Below are positions 19,157 to 26,634 of a DNA stretch of 44,887 nt, in pieces. The notes under the pieces are model-generated. The model ran no database searches and was not told the DNA's origin. It worked only from the letters and a program-made list of their open reading frames with translations. The DNA is taken from sequence record NC_073081.1; one strand, 5' to 3'. A program made the position numbers and the translations under genes. The stretch is from Escherichia phage vB_EcoS_Sponge. The first letter of the stretch is position 1, and each line of letters opens with the position of its first letter.

Positions 19157-19179
19157 AAAAATGGCGGGACAAGCCCGCC
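19157..19179 (-). terminator. intra-operon hairpin terminator/attenuator
   Basis: On the minus strand: ggcggg-cttgt-cccgcc followed by AUUUUU, directly followed by SD and start of the next gene. Confidence 0.5.
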
Positions 19180-19186
19180 ATATTGA

Positions 19187-19360
19187 TTATTCTTGTTCTG
19201 CACGATAGCGGCGCTGCCGTTCGCGCTCTTTCTTATTGCGGCACGATTTGCACTCGGCCCGATGCCCGTCCGGGCTGCGCGCAGTCTTACCGGTGTATTT
19301 GTGGAACTGGGACAGCGGCTTGATGCAGCCGCAATTACTACAACGTTTTTCTTCAATCAT
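19187..19360 (-). CDS. small Cys4 zinc-ribbon protein
   Basis: 57 aa from ATG 19360 (GAGGA SD); CxxC...CxxC pattern (CSNCGC ... CKSC); basic C-terminus. Confidence 0.4.
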   Translation of the reverse strand: MIEEKRCSNCGCIKPLSQFHKYTGKTARSPDGHRAECKSCRNKKERERQRRYRAEQE

Positions 19361-19400
19361 TTCTAAAATCCTCGATAGTGCCAACCTGCACACTATACCG

Positions 19401-19679
19401 CTACGCGACCAATTCAGCAACCAATAAATCGCAGTCGGCTATGTTGTCGATAACACGAACGTCCGCACCGCGGCGGGCCATTCGCTCATGTTCACGTACC
19501 TGGTGCGGCTTCGGTTTTCCTCCGGGGCGCTTCACTTCGACGAACACTATTTTGCCGTTGATGATAATAATCAGGTCGGGCGCACCCGCGCGCCCCTCCC
19601 ATGCCAGTTTTCGGCAGAATCCGCCAACATCTTTCACCCGTCTCATCAGGTGGCTTTGAATCTTGCCTTCTGGAGTCAT
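19401..19679 (-). CDS. VRR-NUC domain nuclease
   Basis: 92 aa; PD-(D/E)XK signature APDLIIII...VFVEVKRPGGKP typical of VRR-NUC; start ATG overlaps polymerase stop (TAATG). Confidence 0.6.
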   Translation of the reverse strand: MTPEGKIQSHLMRRVKDVGGFCRKLAWEGRAGAPDLIIIINGKIVFVEVKRPGGKPKPHQVREHERMARRGADVRVIDNIADCDLLVAELVA

Positions 19680-21970
19680 TACTTCCTGTACCTGTACATA
19701 ATGTCGCCTTCGGCGGCAAGGGGGAAGCCTTTCGCCCATATAGGCAGGTCGCACATCAGCGCGCAAAGCTCCTCGGTCGTGTAGTCGTCGGTGTCCGGCA
19801 CTTCGGTGATCAATTCATCATGCACCGATAGAACGATTTCATAGCCCGCAGCTTCAACGCCAGGCATGGACCATGCGAGAATATCGCGGCACAACGCCTG
19901 TACGATGTTCTCCGTCAGTTTGCCGCCGTAGGTGTACTGGAACCCCCACTGGCGCGTCGTCTGATTCTCGCCCTGATATTTAATGCGGGTGCTGGTGCGC
20001 TTCTTGCCGGTGTCTTCGTCAATCTCGGTCGTGACCGACAGCGCGATGCCGGGGTAACTCATGATGCGCCCCGACGGCAACTCAATTTTCAACCACCACC
20101 CCGCGGCGTTCGGGTCGTCGCGCTCCTCGTCAAAGGTTGGGTCGTGCTTCGCCTTCGTACGGACAATCTTGAGCGCTTTTCTACCGTCCGGGCGAACGGT
20201 AGCGCCAGCCCAGTATGCTTTGCCCGGATTGCGTATTGCACACAACACCGCGTCCTCAAGCTCGGCCCAAAAGGCTACCGTCTTCGGGTGCGCCTCTCGC
20301 CACATGCGTTTAATCGCATCACACGTAAGCCATACGTTTTTCGGCAGTATGTAAGTCGGGCGCTCGTCCTTCTTGCCCGGCTTCGGCGGTCGCTTCGCTT
20401 CGTTAATGCGGGCGTACTCATAACCCCGTTTAGCCGCTGCCCAAATGTGATCGGGGAATGTGCCCTTCATTACGTCCGCCATCGCGTAAAGGTCGAGGCC
20501 CAGGTTTTTAGCGAACTGCAAGAACGCCGCGACGCCGCCACCATAGCCCAGCCCCAATTCGCACGCCTTACCGATCTGGCGTAAGTCCTTGCGGTTAGCT
20601 TTAATGTAGTCCGGGTCCAGGCCGAACATCTTACCGGCAGTCTCACAATAGATATCGCGACCGGCCTTAAACACCATTAGCGCGGTTTTCTCGCCAGCGA
20701 TCCAGGCGAGGCCACGCCCTTCCACGTTGGAATAGTCCGCTACGACAAACTTCTTACCCTTAGCCGGAATGATGCACCCGCGAACGGTCGAGGCGGTCAG
20801 CTTAGATATGTCATACGCCCAGTGTGCGGTCCCGCGTAACAGGGAGTTGATGCCGTTGGTGAGCATGTGCGACCGGACCCAAAACGAGACGTCGCTCTCG
20901 CCTTCGCGGCGCTTAATCTTCCCTTCGTGGTCGTCGCTATACTCGCCGCGTGCCAGGTTTTGAGGCTGGAAGCCTTTACCGGCCCAGCGTAGCGTGCGCT
21001 TTGCACCACCATACTGAAGACACCCACGGCGTCTACCATCGGCAGACAGACCATTAACGAGCGGATTGTACTTAGTCGATGCCGTTGATGACGCGCCGAG
21101 GCGCATTTCGATAAGCGCTTTGCCTTCGTCGGGGAAGTCCGGGTCTTCAAGCAAGTCGTTAAGTGTGGATTTCTGCGCGTTGTGGATCGTGAACGCCGGG
21201 GCGATATCACGCAGGATTGGCAGGAAGTCATTGCCTGTCAGTTTACCGCCAAATCGCTCCCAGGCTTCTTCCTTCAATTCTTCCTTATGCGCCTGCACCG
21301 CTTTGATCGCGGCGTTCGCCAGTTCAACGTCCACATAGAAGCCGCGGTCGTTGATCAACTGGTCGATAAGCAGGATTTCATCTTCCTTCGGAGTATTACC
21401 CCAGTCCGGTATGCGCCAGTAGACTTCACGCATTGCGATAATATCCAGCGCGGCATAGCGCAGAAATTTGGCCCATTCTTCCGGGTGAGTCTCGCGGGTG
21501 TATCGGCGGATTTTGTAGGTCTTAGGGGTGGGCTTACAGAATCGTTTAATCAGCGCCTTGCCTGCCTTATCCTTCGCGTGCTCTGCGTCAACGCCCAGCA
21601 CCTGGCACTGCATATCGAGGCTACCGGGCAGCGCGTGGCGAAAGGCCATAATCATGGTGTCTTCGATCTGGCTTACCGGCAGGTCGATTCCCCACTTCTC
21701 ACGGATAACCAAGCGGTCAAACAGGAGGCCGTTAGCCATCACGATTTTTGCTTTCTTGCGGGATACCTGACGGAGCGCCTTGCGCAGTTCCCGCGGCATT
21801 GTTGGGGATTCAGTGGCATCCCATGTCTGCACGCGGCCCTCGTCGATGGCGTATGTGCAAATCATAATCTCGGTGGTTGGGTGCTCTGCGTAGGCGTACG
21901 CCCCTACTTTCTTCAGGTCAACCCCGCTGAATGTCTCGGTGTCGAGAAACAGGCGTTCGAAGTCTTTCAT
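19679..21970 (-). CDS. family A DNA polymerase with 3-prime-5-prime exonuclease domain
   Basis: Exo I LFLDTET; Pol A motif A VADYSNVEGRG, motif B RQIGKACELGLGYGGG, motif C SVHDELI; 763 aa. Confidence 0.9.
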   Translation of the reverse strand: MKDFERLFLDTETFSGVDLKKVGAYAYAEHPTTEIMICTYAIDEGRVQTWDATESPTMPRELRKALRQVSRKKAKIVMANGLLFDRLVIREKWGIDLPVSQIEDTMIMAFRHALPGSLDMQCQVLGVDAEHAKDKAGKALIKRFCKPTPKTYKIRRYTRETHPEEWAKFLRYAALDIIAMREVYWRIPDWGNTPKEDEILLIDQLINDRGFYVDVELANAAIKAVQAHKEELKEEAWERFGGKLTGNDFLPILRDIAPAFTIHNAQKSTLNDLLEDPDFPDEGKALIEMRLGASSTASTKYNPLVNGLSADGRRRGCLQYGGAKRTLRWAGKGFQPQNLARGEYSDDHEGKIKRREGESDVSFWVRSHMLTNGINSLLRGTAHWAYDISKLTASTVRGCIIPAKGKKFVVADYSNVEGRGLAWIAGEKTALMVFKAGRDIYCETAGKMFGLDPDYIKANRKDLRQIGKACELGLGYGGGVAAFLQFAKNLGLDLYAMADVMKGTFPDHIWAAAKRGYEYARINEAKRPPKPGKKDERPTYILPKNVWLTCDAIKRMWREAHPKTVAFWAELEDAVLCAIRNPGKAYWAGATVRPDGRKALKIVRTKAKHDPTFDEERDDPNAAGWWLKIELPSGRIMSYPGIALSVTTEIDEDTGKKRTSTRIKYQGENQTTRQWGFQYTYGGKLTENIVQALCRDILAWSMPGVEAAGYEIVLSVHDELITEVPDTDDYTTEELCALMCDLPIWAKGFPLAAEGDIMYRYRK

Positions 21971-22137
21971 TGCTTAATCCTCACTACGGCGTCGGCGCTG
22001 CCGATCATGGAGAAGATACCGTCGGAAAGGGTTATCTCCTCGCCGTTGTTGCGAATCTCGGCAACGGTGAAATATTCCCCCAGTAGCTTGGACCATACTC
22101 GCATTCCGACTTTTACTTCGCTGGCTTTAATGCGCAT
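21967..22137 (-). CDS. small hypothetical protein
   Basis: 56-aa ORF (MRIKASEVKVGMRVW...), AGGA SD, stop overlaps polymerase start (ATGA). Below the 60-aa track cut-off. Confidence 0.35.
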   Translation of the reverse strand: MRIKASEVKVGMRVWSKLLGEYFTVAEIRNNGEEITLSDGIFSMIGSADAVVRIKQ

Positions 22138-22196
22138 TTTTCATTGTCCTATTAAAAAAGCCCGCATTAAGCGGGCTTGAATAGTGGGCTTTGCCC

Positions 22197-22979
22197 TTAA
22201 CGGCGGCGACGTTTACGTGGTGCTTCGTCTTCGTCGTCGTCCTCATCTTCGTCATCGCGTGGCTTACGACGTTTACGAGGTTTCTCATCTTCATCTTCGT
22301 CGTCGTCATCGCGGCGCTTGGATTTTTTGGACTTGCGCGGCTTGTCGTCTTCGTCATCGTCATCACGACGTTTTGACTTTTTGGACTTGCGCGGGCTTTC
22401 ATCTTCGTCATCGTCGCCCAGGTCTTCGTCTGAGCAAGAAGACCCGCCACCGCCGAAGGCTTCGCCGTCATCGCGGAAGCGCAGACCCAAAAGACCAGCA
22501 CCGAGTCCCTTGCCGTTGGTATTGTTCCACGCCCAAATATCCAGGGACACATTGCAATAACAACCGGAGTAGATCTCCTGGCCTTCGATCTCGTCGCCTT
22601 CTACGGTCAGACCTTGTTCCGTCTGCTTCTCGCCGAGTGACGTTTGAATGATCGGCTGTTTGAACGATTTGGCGTTGATGTACAACATGCCTTCGAATTC
22701 TTCGGTTACTTCGTCGCGCTCGTCACCGTCGCGAACTGCGCATTCCTTAGAATCCTGGGCGTAGTGGCGGTCCATCCACTTATCAGCATTCTTCTCGGAT
22801 TTCAGCTTGTCGGTGAGCACTGCGCGCGCTGCCGCTTCCACTTTGTCCACCTGCGGATCTTCTTTATCAAGGAGAATCACTGCACGGTATGCCGGTTTTT
22901 GTCCATCCTGTTTAGGGGTATCACGTTCCCAAATTTTAAGGAAACATACGCGCACATTTTTCAGGTTGACTTTAGCCAT
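22197..22979 (-). CDS. DUF2815-like single-strand DNA-binding protein with charged low-complexity C-terminal tail
   Basis: N-terminus MAKVNLKNVRVCF typical of DUF2815; ATG 22979 with GAGGA SD; C-terminal DDDDED/PRKSKKSKRR repeats encoded by a tandem ~54-bp DNA repeat (about 22325-22420). Confidence 0.55.
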   Translation of the reverse strand: MAKVNLKNVRVCFLKIWERDTPKQDGQKPAYRAVILLDKEDPQVDKVEAAARAVLTDKLKSEKNADKWMDRHYAQDSKECAVRDGDERDEVTEEFEGMLYINAKSFKQPIIQTSLGEKQTEQGLTVEGDEIEGQEIYSGCYCNVSLDIWAWNNTNGKGLGAGLLGLRFRDDGEAFGGGGSSCSDEDLGDDDEDESPRKSKKSKRRDDDDEDDKPRKSKKSKRRDDDDEDEDEKPRKRRKPRDDEDEDDDEDEAPRKRRRR

Positions 22980-23069
22980 TTTCCAATTCCTCATTTTCAC
23001 ATGTATCGGGGTTATTATGAGCCACCCCGTTCGGCTTGGTTGCTAATCTACTTGGTTGCGCCTAAGCGG

Positions 23070-23312
23070 TCAAGCACTTTTATTAAAAAGATTTCTGGTC
23101 ACGTAGTTGGTAGCGTTCTCGACCCAGCTTAACGGCGGTCGGTCGATGTTCTTCTCCACCCAGTCGACGGCAGCGTCACTATATCCGTCGTCAAGCCAGC
23201 GGGTCGGATGGCGAATCATCCAGGCTACCATTAACACGCCTTGCACGCAATGCAGGATAAAGCCCAGCGCGCCGAGCAAAAACATCAATAAGATCGCAAA
23301 TACTTTATTCAT
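23070..23312 (-). CDS. small membrane protein
   Basis: 80-aa ORF with two hydrophobic segments; overlaps exonuclease stop. Confidence 0.4.
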   Translation of the reverse strand: MNKVFAILLMFLLGALGFILHCVQGVLMVAWMIRHPTRWLDDGYSDAAVDWVEKNIDRPPLSWVENATNYVTRNLFNKSA

Positions 23313-24735
23313 TGCTTAAGTCCTCGTCAGTAGCTTCCGACCACGCAGGGCGCGGGTCGTCGATCGGTGCTAACACCGGTTTGGCGGGTGCGCGCGTGAT
23401 TTTAGCACACAGCTTCGCCCACACTTTCGGTTTTTCGTCCTTCAGTACCTTCTCGGCATCGGTCGGGCTGAGCAATGTTTCTTTGTACATCACATCGCGC
23501 TTGATCCGGGCCTTCGTGAAGATTTCAATCACTTCGCTCTCGTCCGCCCACTTACGGATCCCTTCCTTACCGGCAACCATCTTGAGGCCCAGCGATTCGC
23601 CATCGCCCGCCATGACCGCCTTGAATACCGCGGACTCGATAGCCTTGATGTGCTGGCGCATCGCATCAAGGCCTTCATAAGCCTTGCGCAGTTCCGCCGC
23701 GCTCATAGCGCCGGGGGCCGCTTCTTTCTTACCACGCTTCGCACGTCGGGCCGCCTTCCGGGCTTCGCGGGCCATATTGCGGTCGTGATTGGCGCATTCT
23801 TCCTCGGTCGCCACGCTCACGTCGTCGCCCAGGTCTTCGTCGGTTGCCGTTGGCGGTGTCATCGTGTCGATTGCGGCCTTCGCCCGGACGCTGCACTGGT
23901 CCGCAAATCTGCACCACTGGCACGCATCAACGCTGGGCCGGAAGTCTGCGCGGGTGAGTCCCTTCTTGCCTCGGGAATACGCCTCCAGTGCGGCAATAGC
24001 GCGCTTGGATGCAAACTTCGCGAATATCTCCAGCGCTTCTACCGAAATATCCCACTCCGACGCCCCGCCGCAATACGGCTGGAAGATAACCAGGCGAACG
24101 GTCGTAATGTCGTACATAGTTTGCAGCTTGCGTAGCAGGCCGAGCGCGTACAACATAAGCTGTTTGTTTTCTTTCGCCTCGACCTTATGCCGCCCAGTCT
24201 TCAGGTCGCCAACAATCAGCATGTACGTGCCGTCGGTCTTCTTCATTACCATGACCATATCGGCAGTACCGAACGTTTTAATCCTGTTGCCGTCGATCTC
24301 GAAGCCTGAATGAAGGACGCGGGTCAGGTCGGCGCGCATCTCAAGCTGAACAAACTCCGCCACTTCAAGGAGCGGTCGCCAGTGGTCGATGTATGCATCG
24401 CACTGTTTCACCATATCGTCGTTGACCAGTACGCCGCCTTTCGGTGCTTTTGGGTGGGCCTTTACCGGTCCCTTGCCTTCGTTCTCGACGTAACATCCTT
24501 TATACGTCTTCGCAGTTATTTTCTTCTCACCGGCGATAATGCGGTTTAGCACGACTTCAGATACGGTGTGCATACTCGTACCGTTAATCGCGGCTTGCCC
24601 GGATTCGTTCGGGATATCTTTTTCGACCACCAGGGCGGCAGGGCAACCCATCCATTTTTTAGCACCGGATGGTCCGAGTAATGAATGTTCCGTATTGCTA
24701 CCGGATTGCGTTTTACGTTTTGGTTTAATCGCCAT
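23305..24735 (-). CDS. Cas4/RecB-like PD-(D/E)XK exonuclease (DUF2800-like)
   Basis: GDLKTG, QLMLYALGL (QxxxY) and Cys cluster CQWCRFADQC characteristic of RecB-family/Cas4-like nucleases; 476 aa. Confidence 0.65.
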   Translation of the reverse strand: MAIKPKRKTQSGSNTEHSLLGPSGAKKWMGCPAALVVEKDIPNESGQAAINGTSMHTVSEVVLNRIIAGEKKITAKTYKGCYVENEGKGPVKAHPKAPKGGVLVNDDMVKQCDAYIDHWRPLLEVAEFVQLEMRADLTRVLHSGFEIDGNRIKTFGTADMVMVMKKTDGTYMLIVGDLKTGRHKVEAKENKQLMLYALGLLRKLQTMYDITTVRLVIFQPYCGGASEWDISVEALEIFAKFASKRAIAALEAYSRGKKGLTRADFRPSVDACQWCRFADQCSVRAKAAIDTMTPPTATDEDLGDDVSVATEEECANHDRNMAREARKAARRAKRGKKEAAPGAMSAAELRKAYEGLDAMRQHIKAIESAVFKAVMAGDGESLGLKMVAGKEGIRKWADESEVIEIFTKARIKRDVMYKETLLSPTDAEKVLKDEKPKVWAKLCAKITRAPAKPVLAPIDDPRPAWSEATDEDLSNE

Positions 24736-24923
24736 TATTCCACCCTTGAAAACTGAGCTATATAATAATCGTGTTTAACATTTGCCTTCTTCGCTGCTTC
24801 GTTCATGGTTGAAGCAAGTTCGCTGGCTTGCGTCCAGCAGCTAACCCAGTTCTGATTCATAACGATTTCGGGTTGCTCATCGCCGGTAATACGGCAGCGA
24901 AATAAAACAAAGAATGTAGCCAT
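24735..24923 (-). CDS. hypothetical small protein
   Basis: 62-aa ORF, GGGAG SD, stop overlaps exonuclease start. Confidence 0.35.
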   Translation of the reverse strand: MATFFVLFRCRITGDEQPEIVMNQNWVSCWTQASELASTMNEAAKKANVKHDYYIAQFSRVE

Positions 24924-25175
24924 TTATTTTGTCTCCCAGCGGTCAATTGTTTTTGCTTCTGATGCAACGGCGAATCGAACATATTCCAGGTTGGAATCCG
25001 CCCAAATATAAAAGTCGGGATTAGTAAAGGTGGTGCGCTTAATTTGCGCGGGGGTGTTGCGGCGTTTATCAATTACGGCAACGCGCGATTGAAAGCTGCC
25101 GATGCGTTCGAATAGCCAATAATATGGGCGCTGGTCGCGGGAATCCACCGCCTCGATTAGCGTGAAGCGTGCCAT
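24924..25175 (-). CDS. hypothetical protein
   Basis: 83-aa ORF; GAGGA SD placed directly after a terminator hairpin. Confidence 0.4.
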   Translation of the reverse strand: MARFTLIEAVDSRDQRPYYWLFERIGSFQSRVAVIDKRRNTPAQIKRTTFTNPDFYIWADSNLEYVRFAVASEAKTIDRWETK

Positions 25176-25188
25176 TGTCTCGTCCTCT

Positions 25189-25215
25189 AAAAATAGGCCC
25201 GCAGATTAGCGGGCC
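25189..25215 (-). terminator. intra-operon hairpin terminator/attenuator
   Basis: Minus strand: ggcccgc-taatct-gcgggcc followed by UAUUUUU, then SD and ATG of next gene. Confidence 0.5.
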
Positions 25216-25223
25216 GGATAATA

Positions 25224-25349
25224 TTAATCTTCACCGCCGAGTTGTATATAAACCTCGTCCGGGTCGTCGCCTCTTTCTTCGCAGAAGGCGGTGAATGCCG
25301 CCCAATTTTCCGCTATGAAATCGAGCATGATTCTCATTTCATAGTCCAT
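25224..25349 (-). CDS. hypothetical small protein (41 aa)
   Basis: ATG 25349 to TAA 25224 (MDYEMRIMLDFIAENWAAFTAFCEERGDDPDEVYIQLGGED); not in the ORF track (under 60 aa). Confidence 0.25.
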   Translation of the reverse strand: MDYEMRIMLDFIAENWAAFTAFCEERGDDPDEVYIQLGGED

Positions 25350-25353
25350 GATA

Positions 25354-25866
25354 TTAATCTTCCAGTTCGAAATAAGTTTCGACGATTTCTTTTAGCTCTT
25401 TGTGGAAGTCTTCGACGTCGTCATCTTCCAGCTTAGCGATTGATTTGATCTCGAACGATTCCAGCAGGTCGTCGAATTCGTCGTTCGCATCGTCGTCGTC
25501 ACCACCGGCAATAATCGCGGCATACTGTTTGATCTCGTCGCGCATCTCTGCCAGCGGATCGGCATCTTTCTTGCCTTTGCCTTTTGCCGGTGCTTTTTTA
25601 GACTTAGCCGGTTTTTCGTCTTCGGCATCGTCGTCATCTTCTACGACTTCTTTTTTAGCCTTACCTTTCGCCGGTGCTTTTTTAGATTTAGCCGGTTTTT
25701 CGTCTTCAGCTTCATCGTCGTCATCTTCGACAACTTCTTTTTTGGCCTTAGACGGCTTCTTATCTTCCTGTTTACCAACGGCAGCGCCAACGGCTTCATA
25801 ATGCTTTGCAATGGTTTCCAGTGCTACTACTCCGCGAGTGATCAGGTTTACGATTTGCTCAAACAT
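25354..25866 (-). CDS. first leftward early gene: acidic/lysine-rich tandem-repeat protein
   Basis: ATG 25866 with GGAGAT SD; 29-aa unit KKEVVEDDDDEAEDEKPAKSKKAPAKGKA repeated twice (87-bp DNA repeat about 25571-25744); strongly acidic C-terminus. Confidence 0.55.
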   Translation of the reverse strand: MFEQIVNLITRGVVALETIAKHYEAVGAAVGKQEDKKPSKAKKEVVEDDDDEAEDEKPAKSKKAPAKGKAKKEVVEDDDDAEDEKPAKSKKAPAKGKGKKDADPLAEMRDEIKQYAAIIAGGDDDDANDEFDDLLESFEIKSIAKLEDDDVEDFHKELKEIVETYFELED

Positions 25867-26089
25867 GGTATATCTCCGATTGGTTAAGTTTAGGTGTCGG
25901 CAGTTAACTTCGTCGGTGGCCTTAACATATTGCCAGGTTACGCGTTCTCCCGTTCGGGTAGTGGACCTGGTTATATAATCACGGTTGGGAATCCTGACAC
26001 TTCGATCCGGCCCCTGCGTTGCCCCTCTCCAGTTTGCGTCCTGCATCCTGTCTCTCCAGTTTGCGATAGATTGGTTGTCGACGGAGTGA

Positions 26090-26119
26090 ATGATAGATTG
26101 GTTGCAGGATGGGTGTCAA
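26090..26119 (-). promoter_or_regulatory. putative sigma70-type leftward early promoter
   Basis: On minus strand: -35 TTGACA (26119-26114), 18-bp spacer, -10 TATCAT (26095-26090); GCAACCAAT motif copy lies in the spacer. Confidence 0.45.
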
Positions 26120-26130
26120 CAACTAATTTC

Positions 26131-26164
26131 AAAAAAAAGCGCCGAGGCAAAATGCAACGGCGCT
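26131..26164 (-). terminator. minus-strand intrinsic terminator with no upstream gene (possible end of a short RNA)
   Basis: Stem agcgccg/cggcgct (26138-44 / 26158-64) followed on minus strand by U8 (plus A-run 26131-38). Confidence 0.5.
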
Positions 26165-26234
26165 AACCAATAAGAGACAATGAGACGGGAATTATTATTA
26201 CACGCGTGCGCGCCCGTTTCAATATCCAAAGGAT

Positions 26235-26263
26235 TTGACACCTTGTGGTTTTAGGTGTAGTTT
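26235..26263 (+). promoter_or_regulatory. putative sigma70-type rightward early promoter
   Basis: -35 TTGACA at 26235-26240 (perfect consensus), 17-bp spacer, weak -10 TAGTTT at 26258-26263; 32 bp upstream of ATG 26295. Confidence 0.4.
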
Positions 26264-26294
26264 CATTGGTCATTAACCAACAGGAGACTGAATT

Positions 26295-26624
26295 ATGAAT
26301 ATCAAAGAAGCAATTGAAGTGTTATCTAATGCAATCCGCGGCGAAGCGGGTAAATCCTGGTATTACACAAATGCGGTGGATACTCTGTTATTTGAAGTGT
26401 CCAGATTATCGCGTGCTGAGAAGGAGCTTACCGCGAAGCTGGAATTGCTCAACGGCACGGCAGCAAGCAAGCTGCAAAAACACAATGAAGAAATGGAAGA
26501 ATACAAAAAACAGGTTATCCGTCTACGTGAGGAAGGTAAATCCTGGGCGATGATTGCCGAGTTGACCGGAATTAATCAGAGCACAGTGCGCTCCTGGGTA
26601 CGCAATAATAAAACTTCTAAGTAA
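26295..26624 (+). CDS. early helix-turn-helix DNA-binding protein
   Basis: 109-aa ORF, AGGAG SD; C-terminal HTH-like segment KSWAMIAELTGINQSTVRSWV; coiled-coil N-terminus. Confidence 0.5.
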   Translation: MNIKEAIEVLSNAIRGEAGKSWYYTNAVDTLLFEVSRLSRAEKELTAKLELLNGTAASKLQKHNEEMEEYKKQVIRLREEGKSWAMIAELTGINQSTVRSWVRNNKTSK

Positions 26625-26634
26625 GGCCACGGCA

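Noticed and set aside
19401-19766. Extended N-terminal starts from the ORF track for several minus-strand genes (VRR-NUC to 19766, helicase to 19010, 18925 gene to 19356, SSB to 23000, acidic protein to 26046)
   Set aside because: Extensions overlap upstream genes or use non-ATG codons; internal ATGs with SD and start-stop coupling fit better.
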